Below, piece after piece: positions 45,029-53,032 of a DNA stretch of 64,000 nt. Both the position numbers and the translations under genes were made by a program. Source of the DNA: Candidatus Kaiserbacteria bacterium RIFCSPHIGHO2_01_FULL_54_36 (lineage in GTDB: Bacteria; Patescibacteriota; Minisyncoccia; Phycocordibacterales; UBA2100). The notes beneath the pieces are model-generated. The model was given only the letters and a program-made list of their open reading frames with translations. It ran no database searches and was not told the DNA's origin. The stretch spans positions 9,032-73,031 of the forward strand of contig MFKV01000006.1 of NCBI GenBank assembly GCA_001781105.1, written 5' to 3'. Within the stretch, counting starts at the first letter, position 1, and each line of letters begins with the position of its first letter.

Positions 45029-46759
45029 ATGGCGGACACTGTTCAGCAAATAAAAGACCGGCTTTCAATAGTCGACGTTGTATCGCAATACGTAAAGCTT
45101 GAGCGCGCAGGCGCGAGCCTGCGCGCACGGTGTCCGTTCCACGCCGAGCGCACGCCTTCGTTCCACGTGTCTCCAGATCGAGGGACGTATCACTGCTTCG
45201 GTTGCAACGTTGGCGGCGATATCTTTTCATTCGTTGAGGCCATCGAAGGCTTGGATTTCAAAGGCGCGCTCAAAGTGCTGGCCGAGAAAGCCGGAGTTCC
45301 TTTGGTGTATGAGCGGCCAGAAAAGCGCGACGAGCGCGAGCGATTGTTTGAATTGATGGAAGTGGCAACAATATTTTACGCGTCACGTCTCTCGAGCGCC
45401 GCCACAAAATATCTCAAGGGGCGCGGCATCACTGAGGCGACAGCGCAGACGTTCCGCGTCGGGCTCGCGGGAGATGCATGGAGCGAGCTTTCGGATCACC
45501 TGAAGGACAAGAGATTTTCAGACAAAGAAATTATCGATGCAGGACTCGCCAAAAAGACCGAGCGTGGCGGCCTCAACGATAAATTTCGGAATCGCATTAT
45601 GTTCCCGATTGCAGATAGCGCCGGTCGCGTGGCTGGCTTCTCCGGGCGCATCTTTGGCGAGAAAGCTTCGCCCGAGGCGCCGAAATACCTCAATTCGCCT
45701 GAGACCCCACTCTTCCATAAATCCCGCATCCTGTATGGCTTCGACCGCGCGAAACAATCGATCCGCAAGAACAATTGCGCAGTGCTCGTAGAGGGACAAA
45801 TGGACTTATTGGCTAGTCACCAAGCTGGATGGGGAAATACGCTCGCGGTTTCGGGTACCGCATTTACTCTTGAGCACGCTGCTCTTATCCGACGCATGAC
45901 AGACAATCTCGTCATTGCACTCGACGCCGATGAAGCGGGCATCAAGGCGGCAGGGCGCGCCGCGCGCGCAGCGCTCCAAGGCGGGCTCAACGTCAAAGTC
46001 GCACAATTGCCCAAGGACCTCGATCCGGCGGACCTCATACTGCAAAAAGGCGCGGAGGAGTGGAAAAAAGCAATACGTGATTCGAAGGACATCATCACAT
46101 TTTTACTCGACGTCTTGGAAGAGCACATGAAAACGCCCGATAGGTTTCGCCGTTCAGTCGAACAGGTAGTCTTGCCATTCCTCTCCGATGTACAAAGCCC
46201 GATCGCGCGCGAGCAGTATCTGCGCGAGATCGCAGAGCGCCTCAATGTGTCAGAAGCCGCGGTTGCCGAAGCGCTGGAGAAGTTACCGCGCCCCGCCGAG
46301 GGCGGGGCGCGCGCAACAGCTGCGGAGAGTAGCAAGAAAGAAGTAGCGAGTAATCCCACGCACTCGCGCAGCTTCGATCGCGCTAAGCAAGCATTCTCGA
46401 TACTGCTCTGGCAGCAGTCGCTTCCGAAGCCGTCGCTGGACGTCGCGGCATATGCGCGTGAGCTCGAGGCGGCAATAGGCAAAGATGCGCTCACCGCACT
46501 CGGTACTCTCCCCGAGAACGAGCGCGAAGCGCTGCGCTTTTCGGCAGAGCGTCTGCACGGGAAGAGCCCCAACCCGCAGAAGGCGGCGGAGGCGCTTCTT
46601 TCGGTCATCTTGAAGGAGCTTTTTGCCGAAGAACTAAGGGAAGCAACTCTACAGCTGAAGAAAGCTGAAAGCGGTAAGAATGAGGACGAGGTGGAGCGGC
46701 TCATGGGTGTGTGTAAACTGTTGACAACTCGAATTGCACAATTGCACGAAAAAGTATAG
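45029..46759 (+). CDS. dnaG: DNA primase
   Basis: Zn ribbon CPFHAERTPSFHV…YHCFGC, Toprim EGQMD…DAD. Confidence 0.9.
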   Translation: MADTVQQIKDRLSIVDVVSQYVKLERAGASLRARCPFHAERTPSFHVSPDRGTYHCFGCNVGGDIFSFVEAIEGLDFKGALKVLAEKAGVPLVYERPEKRDERERLFELMEVATIFYASRLSSAATKYLKGRGITEATAQTFRVGLAGDAWSELSDHLKDKRFSDKEIIDAGLAKKTERGGLNDKFRNRIMFPIADSAGRVAGFSGRIFGEKASPEAPKYLNSPETPLFHKSRILYGFDRAKQSIRKNNCAVLVEGQMDLLASHQAGWGNTLAVSGTAFTLEHAALIRRMTDNLVIALDADEAGIKAAGRAARAALQGGLNVKVAQLPKDLDPADLILQKGAEEWKKAIRDSKDIITFLLDVLEEHMKTPDRFRRSVEQVVLPFLSDVQSPIAREQYLREIAERLNVSEAAVAEALEKLPRPAEGGARATAAESSKKEVASNPTHSRSFDRAKQAFSILLWQQSLPKPSLDVAAYARELEAAIGKDALTALGTLPENEREALRFSAERLHGKSPNPQKAAEALLSVILKELFAEELREATLQLKKAESGKNEDEVERLMGVCKLLTTRIAQLHEKV

Positions 46760-46898
46760 AGTTATCCGCTTGTGTCTTCAATCAGTCTGTTTAGGGCGTT
46801 TTTGATAATACATAGAGCCCTAGAATGGTAAGACACTCTGGGAAACAGCGTCCTCACAAGGGAGGCGGTTCGCTGCGCACCTGTAGATAACTATTGCA

Positions 46899-48182
46899 AT
46901 GGCAAAAAAGAAACAAATAAAGAAAGCACCTGTCCGGTCAGGAAAAAAGAAGGTCGCTCGGCGGCCGGTCAAGCGCCATATCCGCAAACCAGCACGAGCA
47001 AAGCATAAGGCAACTGCTCGTACCAGGAAATCGCGGGCCGTAAAACCCCTGAAGCGGAAACGGACGATTGCGCCCATTTCGGCTTCGAAGGGTAGGGCGA
47101 TGGATGGGAAGCGCCAAGGCAAGGTGGACGCGCTCATCAATCTCGGCAAGGAGCGCGGCTACATTACCTACGACGAGATCCTGCGAGAATTCCCTACAAT
47201 AGAGGATAATGTGACACTTCTGGAAGAAATGTATGAACTCTTCGGCACTGCCGGCATTGATGTCTTGGAAGGCGGCGGCATGCTCGAAGATACTTCTGCG
47301 GATACGGTCTTGGCGAGCAAGAAACTGCAGAACCGCCGCGCCGATGCTGGCTATGACTCCGTACAGATGTATTTGCGCGAGATAGGTCAGTACCCACTTC
47401 TCAACGGCCAGCAGGAGAAAGATCTCGCGAAGCGAATTTTGCAGAGCGATAGCGAGGCGCGCAACATTCTCGCGCGCTCCAACCTGCGCCTCGTCGTCTC
47501 TATCGCGAAGAAATATGTAAATCGTTCTCCCGACCTGACGCTCCTCGACCTCATCCAAGAAGGCAACCTCGGCCTCTTCAAAGCCGTAGACAAATTCGAT
47601 TACACGAAAGGATACAAATTCTCGACCTATGCTACCTGGTGGATCCGCCAGGCTATCACCCGCGCGCTCGCGGATCAGAGCCGCACTATCCGCATCCCCG
47701 TCCACATGGTGGAAACGATCGCGAAGTACAAGCAAAAAGTGCGCGAGTTGAGCCAGCACCTAGGCCGCGATCCGCTTCCCGAAGAGATCGCCGCGGAAAT
47801 GGGGATTGAGATTGAGAAGATCTACACTATCCAGAAGATCAATCAGGACACCGTCTCACTCGAGAGCCCGGTGGGCGAAGACGACGACGAGCGCTCAACG
47901 CTTGGCAGCTTCATCGCCGACGATACGATCGCAAGCCCCGACATGGATGCCTCGCGCCGCATTCTCAATGAGCAGATGGTAGAGATCCTCGACGAGCTTT
48001 CGCCCAAGGAGCGAAAGATCCTCGAAATGCGCAACGGCCTCACTGACGAGGGGATTTGCTTTACCTTGGAGGAGGTGGGTCGCGAATTCGGCGTCACCCG
48101 CGAACGCATCCGCCAAATCGAAGCCAAGGCGCTTGAAAGAATCAGATTTCACGAAAGAGCCAAGCAACTTCGCAGCTACTAG
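46899..48182 (+). CDS. rpoD: RNA polymerase sigma factor RpoD (sigma70) with Lys/Arg-rich N-terminal extension
   Basis: Regions 1.2-4.2 present (…[27 protein letters not shown]…). dnaG-rpoD order conserved. Confidence 0.9.
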   Translation: MAKKKQIKKAPVRSGKKKVARRPVKRHIRKPARAKHKATARTRKSRAVKPLKRKRTIAPISASKGRAMDGKRQGKVDALINLGKERGYITYDEILREFPTIEDNVTLLEEMYELFGTAGIDVLEGGGMLEDTSADTVLASKKLQNRRADAGYDSVQMYLREIGQYPLLNGQQEKDLAKRILQSDSEARNILARSNLRLVVSIAKKYVNRSPDLTLLDLIQEGNLGLFKAVDKFDYTKGYKFSTYATWWIRQAITRALADQSRTIRIPVHMVETIAKYKQKVRELSQHLGRDPLPEEIAAEMGIEIEKIYTIQKINQDTVSLESPVGEDDDERSTLGSFIADDTIASPDMDASRRILNEQMVEILDELSPKERKILEMRNGLTDEGICFTLEEVGREFGVTRERIRQIEAKALERIRFHERAKQLRSY

Positions 48183-48241
48183 CGTAACGACACCGTTTTG
48201 CATATAGGACATATTCGCCCGAATAAGTCCTATAACGGATT

Positions 48242-48291
48242 GTTTGTCCAAATCGAACGGCCGGGCGATTCCATCTTGTGGGGCCCGGCCG
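48242..48291 (-). repeat. conserved terminator-hairpin module copy 1 (GC hairpin + TTCGATTTGGACAAAC)
   Basis: See findings. Lies between convergent rpoD and the 48299-48586 gene. Confidence 0.55.
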
Positions 48292-48298
48292 CGTGTTG

Positions 48299-48586
48299 TC
48301 AGAGCACAAGGCGTATCAGTGCGGCCACGCAAGTGACTACAATGATGCCGCCACCGATCCGCATGAGGCGGCTTCCGTTCGCCGTATGTTTCTCCCCGAG
48401 TTCTTTGAGGGTGTTCAGCGCGCTGTGCTCTGCGGCCAGCACGATCATTGAGTTGGGCGGCAGAACTCTCGCGAACGGGTTGATGGTCGCGGCCAATCGG
48501 CCGATAGATCGCAGCTTATGCCCGCGCCAGAACGTATACGCGCCGGCGAGAAGAGCTGCGATAAAGAGCAGATCCCAGTAACTCAT
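48299..48586 (-). CDS. small membrane protein, hypothetical
   Basis: 95 aa, two TM helices. Confidence 0.45.
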   Translation of the reverse strand: MSYWDLLFIAALLAGAYTFWRGHKLRSIGRLAATINPFARVLPPNSMIVLAAEHSALNTLKELGEKHTANGSRLMRIGGGIIVVTCVAALIRLVL

Positions 48587-48664
48587 GGTTGAACTCCCGG
48601 TTGTCTTCCCGTGAGATGTTATACCCCTATTAAAATTTATCCAAACTGGACTGCAGAGCGCGAT

Positions 48665-49087
48665 TTAAGGAGTAGTGAAGTCGACGCCGAGGGCTAATCC
48701 GGCGAAAAATATGAGGCCGATCAAGACGAGTGGGACGATCAAGAGCCACTTGAGGATATTAGTGTGTTTGTCGGAGAGCTCTTTTGGTGCCGGGCCGAAG
48801 CGATTGTCTATGCCGTTGCCTTTGTAGAAAAGGGGAACGATGGTGTTGTAAATGGGAATGAGCACGTACCATCCACTTTTGTCCAGATCGTGCATCCTGG
48901 AGATGCCAAAAAGTATGGCGCTCGCAAAAGTGATCGCGTTCCAAGCGTAGTCGATATTGCGAGCGGTGTCTCCTGAGAAAGCCAGTTCAATAAGTCCGAG
49001 CACAAGCCCCCCATAGAGAAGGATTATCAGGTAGAGCCAATAGTAGCTGCGGCTGAGGCGTTGTGCACCAAAAGCGTTCCAGTCCAT
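48665..49087 (-). CDS. DUF805 family inner-membrane protein (YhaH-like)
   Basis: RLSRSYYW…, ISRMHDLDKSGWYVLIPI…GNRFGP match the DUF805 signature. Confidence 0.7.
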   Translation of the reverse strand: MDWNAFGAQRLSRSYYWLYLIILLYGGLVLGLIELAFSGDTARNIDYAWNAITFASAILFGISRMHDLDKSGWYVLIPIYNTIVPLFYKGNGIDNRFGPAPKELSDKHTNILKWLLIVPLVLIGLIFFAGLALGVDFTTP

Positions 49088-49112
49088 CCCGCCATGCTAC
49101 TCCTTCATGAAT

Positions 49113-49160
49113 GGTTCCACAAATCGAACGGCCGGGCTCCCAGAGGGTAGGCCCGGCCGG
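49113..49160 (-). repeat. conserved terminator-hairpin module copy 2
   Basis: CGAACGGCCGGGC…GCCCGGCCG hairpin flanked by TTCGATTTGTGGAAC (minus sense). Confidence 0.5.
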
Positions 49161-49183
49161 TGGTTCGCGTTGGCGAGATCGCT

Positions 49184-49507
49184 CTACCAGTTGGCATAGG
49201 CGGTTTCGCGGCGCACGGGCTCGTAGTTGTAGGTGCCAACGGTCACCACGCGCCGTGGGACCCCCATGTTTTCCGTGATCTGGCAGCAGTGGGTCTCGAA
49301 CTGCTGGACGGTCATACCGAGCTTTGCGGCCTCGGCAGCCTTCCAATCGTTGTTGGCGCGTTGGCGTGCCCGCTTGCGCGGAGCGCTAAGCGCTTGGCCG
49401 CGGGTAGCCTTCGACATTGAGTGTTGTCTCGGAGCCTTCAAGCTAGTGTGCAACGACATTGGTTGTCTCCCGGGTGCTCGGACAATGCTAGATTGCCGGA
49501 CAGCCAT
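49184..49507 (-). CDS. small basic hypothetical protein
   Basis: 107 aa. Its ATG is embedded in the conserved TAGGATGG motif. Confidence 0.4.
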   Translation of the reverse strand: MAVRQSSIVRAPGRQPMSLHTSLKAPRQHSMSKATRGQALSAPRKRARQRANNDWKAAEAAKLGMTVQQFETHCCQITENMGVPRRVVTVGTYNYEPVRRETAYANW

Positions 49508-49572
49508 CCTATACTTTCATTTAACATTTGTCCAAATGAAGCGGCCGTACCATCCTCCAGGTGGTACGGCCG
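49503..49572 (-). repeat. conserved module copy 3
   Basis: CGGCCGTACCA…TGGTACGGCCG hairpin + CATTTGGACAAATG…TATAGGATGG. Confidence 0.5.
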
Positions 49573-49810
49573 AAATGAGCGCGGGAAGAGCACGCTTTTC
49601 ACAGCGGGAACTTCCCGCGTGGCGGCTCCGCGAGTTGCCGGCGGGTGTGGGCAGTGCGGCCCTTTTTCAACGCGGCACGTGTACGAACGTTCGGCTTCTT
49701 GAAGTATGGGTGCCCATCGGACCTTCCATTGCCCGAGTTGGCCCCACTGCTGGCTCTTTTCATGGCTCGTTCCCGTTGTTTGAGACATTCCGAATCACGC
49801 AGGACTGTTT

Positions 49811-49872
49811 GCATCCTAGCTCCTCGCACAGGTTTGTCCAAATCGAACGGCCGGGCGAGAAGGCCCGGCCGG
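49811..49872 (-). repeat. conserved module copy 4
   Basis: GGCCGGGC-GAGAAG-GCCCGGCC hairpin + TTCGATTTGGACAAACCTGTGCGAGGAGCTAGGATG. Confidence 0.5.
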
Positions 49873-49885
49873 TCACGATCGCCTG

Positions 49886-50287
49886 CTACTGACGGCGATG
49901 CACCTTCACTGTTGTGCCCGCGGTTTGCCGCTTATTCACACGGGTGATGGTGATGCCCCCGTCGTCGGTGTCGTCGATCCAGTGGACTGTCCCCTCTGGG
50001 TCGTAGGTGTTGTCTTGCGAAGAACCAGTGAGAAGGAATTCGTAGGCCCATGCATTCCCGTCGACCGTTCCCAGATCAACGAAAAAGCGATTGCCTGAGT
50101 ACGTCCCCAAGGTCCACGGACCCTTGCTTGTCATCAAGCCTTCGCAGAGCTTGTGTTTGAATTCGACGAGGGCATCCCTCTTCTCCGGGTTTGGGAATTG
50201 GGCCGCGACTCGCTCAATGACGAACGCTTGCTCGCCAGTCAGCCTCTTACCTCGCCAGTCGATAACAAGGCTTCCAAAGTTTGCCAC
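49886..50287 (-). CDS. hypothetical protein (133 aa), GTG start with strong SD
   Basis: AGGAGGAAGAG precedes GTG. Globular composition, no TM. Confidence 0.45.
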   Translation of the reverse strand: MANFGSLVIDWRGKRLTGEQAFVIERVAAQFPNPEKRDALVEFKHKLCEGLMTSKGPWTLGTYSGNRFFVDLGTVDGNAWAYEFLLTGSSQDNTYDPEGTVHWIDDTDDGGITITRVNKRQTAGTTVKVHRRQ

Positions 50288-50330
50288 CTCTTCCTCCTGC
50301 TTTGAAAAAACGAACTGAAGACCAGGGCGC

Positions 50331-50364
50331 CATCCTAGCCCCTCGCACAGGTTTGTCCAAATCG
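50331..50364 (-). repeat. conserved module copy 5 (motif only, no hairpin)
   Basis: CGATTTGGACAAACCTGTGCGAGGGGCTAGGATGG, ~50 nt upstream of the 49886-50287 gene. Confidence 0.5.
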
Positions 50365-50407
50365 TCCCCCCTCTATATTCTAATTCGCGCGAATAAGCAC
50401 ATTAAGC

Positions 50408-50677
50408 TTATTCGGGCTTTTGTGAAGCGACTGAGAGTATTTTGGAGGGCGAGTGGTGCCCTTTGACGATCCTAACCGCTGAAACGGGTACGCCAAGCTG
50501 CGCTGCGATGAGGGCAACAACGCGGGCATTGGCGAGATTATTCTCTGGCTTCTCGCGCACCGAGAGCTCGAAGTGAGTATCGGATATTTTGTGCACCTTC
50601 TCATTCTTCACCCCCGTCTGCACACGAACTTTGATGTGCACGGATCTCATCTGCGCAGTATACTCGCCCAATGGCAC
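50408..50677 (-). CDS. DUF167 (YggU-like) family protein
   Basis: HIKVRVQTGVKNEKV…FELSVREKPENNLANARVVALIAAQLGVPVSAVRIVKGHHSPSKIL matches the YggU pattern. The start may be the internal Met. Confidence 0.6.
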   Translation of the reverse strand: MPLGEYTAQMRSVHIKVRVQTGVKNEKVHKISDTHFELSVREKPENNLANARVVALIAAQLGVPVSAVRIVKGHHSPSKILSVASQKPE

Positions 50678-51513
50678 GGACGCGAAACAAAAAGAAAAAG
50701 CCGGCGCTTCCCATCAAACATTGGAGCCACTCGTCGCTCATGGCATTTCTGCGCAATCCGCTTGCCTGGTACAAGCGCTACGTGGAGCAAGTGTACGATA
50801 CCCCTTCTTCGCCCGCTGGGATCGTTGGCCGCACAGCGCACGTGGCGCTTCAGCACTTCTACGGAGGAATAGGGAAGGAGGGTGCGATCGCGCTTGGTCT
50901 CGAGCACCTGCGCAACGTGCCGGATTTTGAGATCAATTTTGGCAAGGCCCGCTCACGCGCCGCACAAAAGAAAAAGCGCGCAGCGATGGAGCGGGAGTAC
51001 CTACAGGCCATTTCTTTCTACCTTACGCGGCCGCCAAGGCACAAAGTGCTCGGGGTTGAGGTGATAGCGATGGCGAAGGTGAAAGGGCTTTCGCTTCCAG
51101 TCAAAGCAGTTTCTGACCTCGTAGTTGTTTCTGCGATGGATAAGAACGCCGTAGACATCGTTGACCACAAATTCGTCGAGAATTTCAGCATGGGACGCGC
51201 CAACAAAACACTTTTCCTCGTGCAGGCCATATTCAACTACTACACCGTCAGAGAAAAGTACGGCAGGGAAGTTCGCAGATTTATCGTCTATGAATGCCGC
51301 AAGCGGCGCAACGCCGACGGCTCCGCACAGATGCGGAAATACGTTATTGATTTCGAAAAGCACAAAGGGGAATTCACCCTTTTCCATCGTCTTGTGAATG
51401 ACGCGACCGCCGAGATCTCCCGCAAGCGCCTGTATCTCCCCAATCCCTCAGACATGTTCGAGGGCGAAAATTCGTTCGATATCTACCGCCTCGGGCTCGT
51501 GGATGAGTCGTAG
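50671..51513 (+). CDS. PD-(D/E)xK nuclease superfamily protein (RecB/Cas4-like fold)
   Basis: N-terminal KHWSHSSLMAF…W, motif II D (AVSDLVVV), motif III DIVDHK, and the Q-x3-Y motif (LVQAIFNYY) typical of RecB-family nucleases. Confidence 0.55.
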   Translation: MARTRNKKKKPALPIKHWSHSSLMAFLRNPLAWYKRYVEQVYDTPSSPAGIVGRTAHVALQHFYGGIGKEGAIALGLEHLRNVPDFEINFGKARSRAAQKKKRAAMEREYLQAISFYLTRPPRHKVLGVEVIAMAKVKGLSLPVKAVSDLVVVSAMDKNAVDIVDHKFVENFSMGRANKTLFLVQAIFNYYTVREKYGREVRRFIVYECRKRRNADGSAQMRKYVIDFEKHKGEFTLFHRLVNDATAEISRKRLYLPNPSDMFEGENSFDIYRLGLVDES

Positions 51514-51581
51514 ATGAAGGTTGGTATTGCGCGCTTTCTTGCAGAAGCTAAAATGCCGGGACAACATTTCGGAGGTGTCGA

Positions 51582-51755
51582 ATGTTGGGAACCCTGAAGT
51601 TCTTCTGGGAGTTGGGAATGCTGCTGATCGTCGTCTTCGTGGCGCCGGTGGTGGGACTGCTGTGGCCCATCGGTATGCTAGCGTGGGCGGGCGTCAGTGC
51701 CATCATTTCGCCTTTCAGCAAGTCCCACCCTGCCAAATCCTATCCGCCGATGTAG
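51582..51755 (+). CDS. small membrane peptide (57 aa)
   Basis: SD GGAGGTG 6 nt upstream. MLGTLKFFWELGMLLIVVFVAPVVGLLWPIGMLAWAGVSAI…. Confidence 0.45.
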   Translation: MLGTLKFFWELGMLLIVVFVAPVVGLLWPIGMLAWAGVSAIISPFSKSHPAKSYPPM

Positions 51756-51772
51756 AGTCGGCGGAAAGAAAA

Positions 51773-51800
51773 AGCGCCCCGCCGCGGCGGGGCGCTTTCA
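51773..51800. terminator. bidirectional terminator (22-nt perfect GC palindrome)
   Basis: GCGCCCCGCCGCGGCGGGGCGC flanked by A/T runs. Sits between convergent genes. Confidence 0.65.
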
Positions 51801-51802
51801 TC

Positions 51803-52294
51803 TTATCTGCTTCTCACCTTGAGTTTCGTTTGTCTCTTTTTATTAATTTTGGGCAAGCGGATCATGAGAATGCCGTGCTTCTCGGAGGCCTCGGCGATAT
51901 CTACGTCGACTTCTTCCGGGAGAAGGATGGTGCGGGAGAATGAGCCCCAGTACAACTCGCGCTGGAAATAGTTGTCTTCTTCTACTTCGCGCTCGTCTTC
52001 GCGCTGGCCTGAGATGGTGAGCATCTCTCGGGTGAGGGAAATGTCTATCGAGGTCGGCTGCACGCCGGCGACGAGCGCTTTGACGACGATCGCATCCGGT
52101 GTCTGATAAATATCCACTGCTAGTTCACCTTGCGGCTCCTCGGCCGCCCAGTTCTCGTCTCTCGTATTGATGTGCGCATGGCGCTCGGGGCCTTCGCCTT
52201 CGAATACTGCCGGTATGCCGGTATCGTCGAAATCGTAGTCGTTGCCTCCGCCCGTGAGGCGGGAGAAAAAGCCAGGTTTCTTCAGAAGCGCCAT
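51803..52294 (-). CDS. Hsp20/alpha-crystallin family small heat-shock protein
   Basis: Alpha-crystallin domain (…DIYQTPDAIVVKALVAGV…LTISGQRE…ILLPEEVD…GILMIRLPK). Start chosen at MALLKKPG. The 175-aa upstream extension is rejected. Confidence 0.75.
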   Translation of the reverse strand: MALLKKPGFFSRLTGGGNDYDFDDTGIPAVFEGEGPERHAHINTRDENWAAEEPQGELAVDIYQTPDAIVVKALVAGVQPTSIDISLTREMLTISGQREDEREVEEDNYFQRELYWGSFSRTILLPEEVDVDIAEASEKHGILMIRLPKINKKRQTKLKVRSR

Positions 52295-53025
52295 AGTTTT
52301 TGTTTGACGACGGGGTGTATCCGTTTGATATATTCTAACACGGCTAGGAGGGCGATAAGGCCAATCCAGACGAGCCCGAATGTGCGCATCAAATGGCTCT
52401 CGGGTGTATTCAGTATAAGGAAGTTGAAAGTGCTGTGCAAAAGGGATGCGAGGATAACTCCCATGAGCACATACCAGCGCTTCGCGGAGCGTGACTTGTA
52501 GAAAGAAAGCGCCAAAAAGACGCCTATTACGGCCGATGACAGCACATGCAAGAGGGTAGCACCCACGAAACGCAGATTGCCCGTGAGGATGGTTTGAAGT
52601 ACCGTATTGCCGGAGAGGGGCGAGAGGAGAAACAGCGTGTTTTCCGCCGCCGCGAAGCCGAGCGCGACCGTTACCATATAGATGACAGGATCGATAGGCT
52701 CGTCGTCTTCGCGGCGGCGCAAGACCGTGAGCTTCGCCATAACGAACTTGACGATCTCCTCGAGTGCAGACCAGACGATGAAGGTGAGGGTGGTGACACC
52801 GAGCGCGGCTGGGATCCACAGACTTTGATCTGAAATGAGTGTCTGCGCCATTTTCTCCAGTGGTATCACGATGCCGACGGCCACCATGCCCGCGAGGAAG
52901 GCGAGCGCTATCAAACGCCGTGGCTCTGGATGCACGCTATCCTCTCGGCGCCAAAACCACAGCCACGCAAGCGCGGGCAAAATCCCGCCTGCCATTGCCG
53001 CGATTATCGGCTCGAATTCACCCAT
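52282..53025 (-). CDS. PrsW-family intramembrane metalloprotease
   Basis: Polytopic, with the conserved EExxK (EEIVKF) and FAAAENTLF motifs of PrsW/YpdC proteases. Confidence 0.6.
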   Translation of the reverse strand: MGEFEPIIAAMAGGILPALAWLWFWRREDSVHPEPRRLIALAFLAGMVAVGIVIPLEKMAQTLISDQSLWIPAALGVTTLTFIVWSALEEIVKFVMAKLTVLRRREDDEPIDPVIYMVTVALGFAAAENTLFLLSPLSGNTVLQTILTGNLRFVGATLLHVLSSAVIGVFLALSFYKSRSAKRWYVLMGVILASLLHSTFNFLILNTPESHLMRTFGLVWIGLIALLAVLEYIKRIHPVVKQKLWRF

Positions 53026-53032
53026 CTGTCTA

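Noticed and set aside
49599-49841. 80-aa Arg/Lys-rich minus-strand ORF
   Set aside because: Its first codons are simply the conserved repeat motif read in frame (TTG GAC AAA CCT…). Possibly a 71-aa basic protein from the internal ATG, but it cannot be distinguished from a repeat artefact.
48242-50372. Integron gene-cassette array interpretation of the five hairpin modules
   Set aside because: Although the layout (variable hairpin with conserved flanks, small same-strand ORFs) is cassette-like, the conserved flanks (GTTCGATTTGG) do not match attC R'/R'' core consensus (GTTRRRY / RYYYAAC). No integrase is present in the window. Terminator/promoter-module reading preferred.
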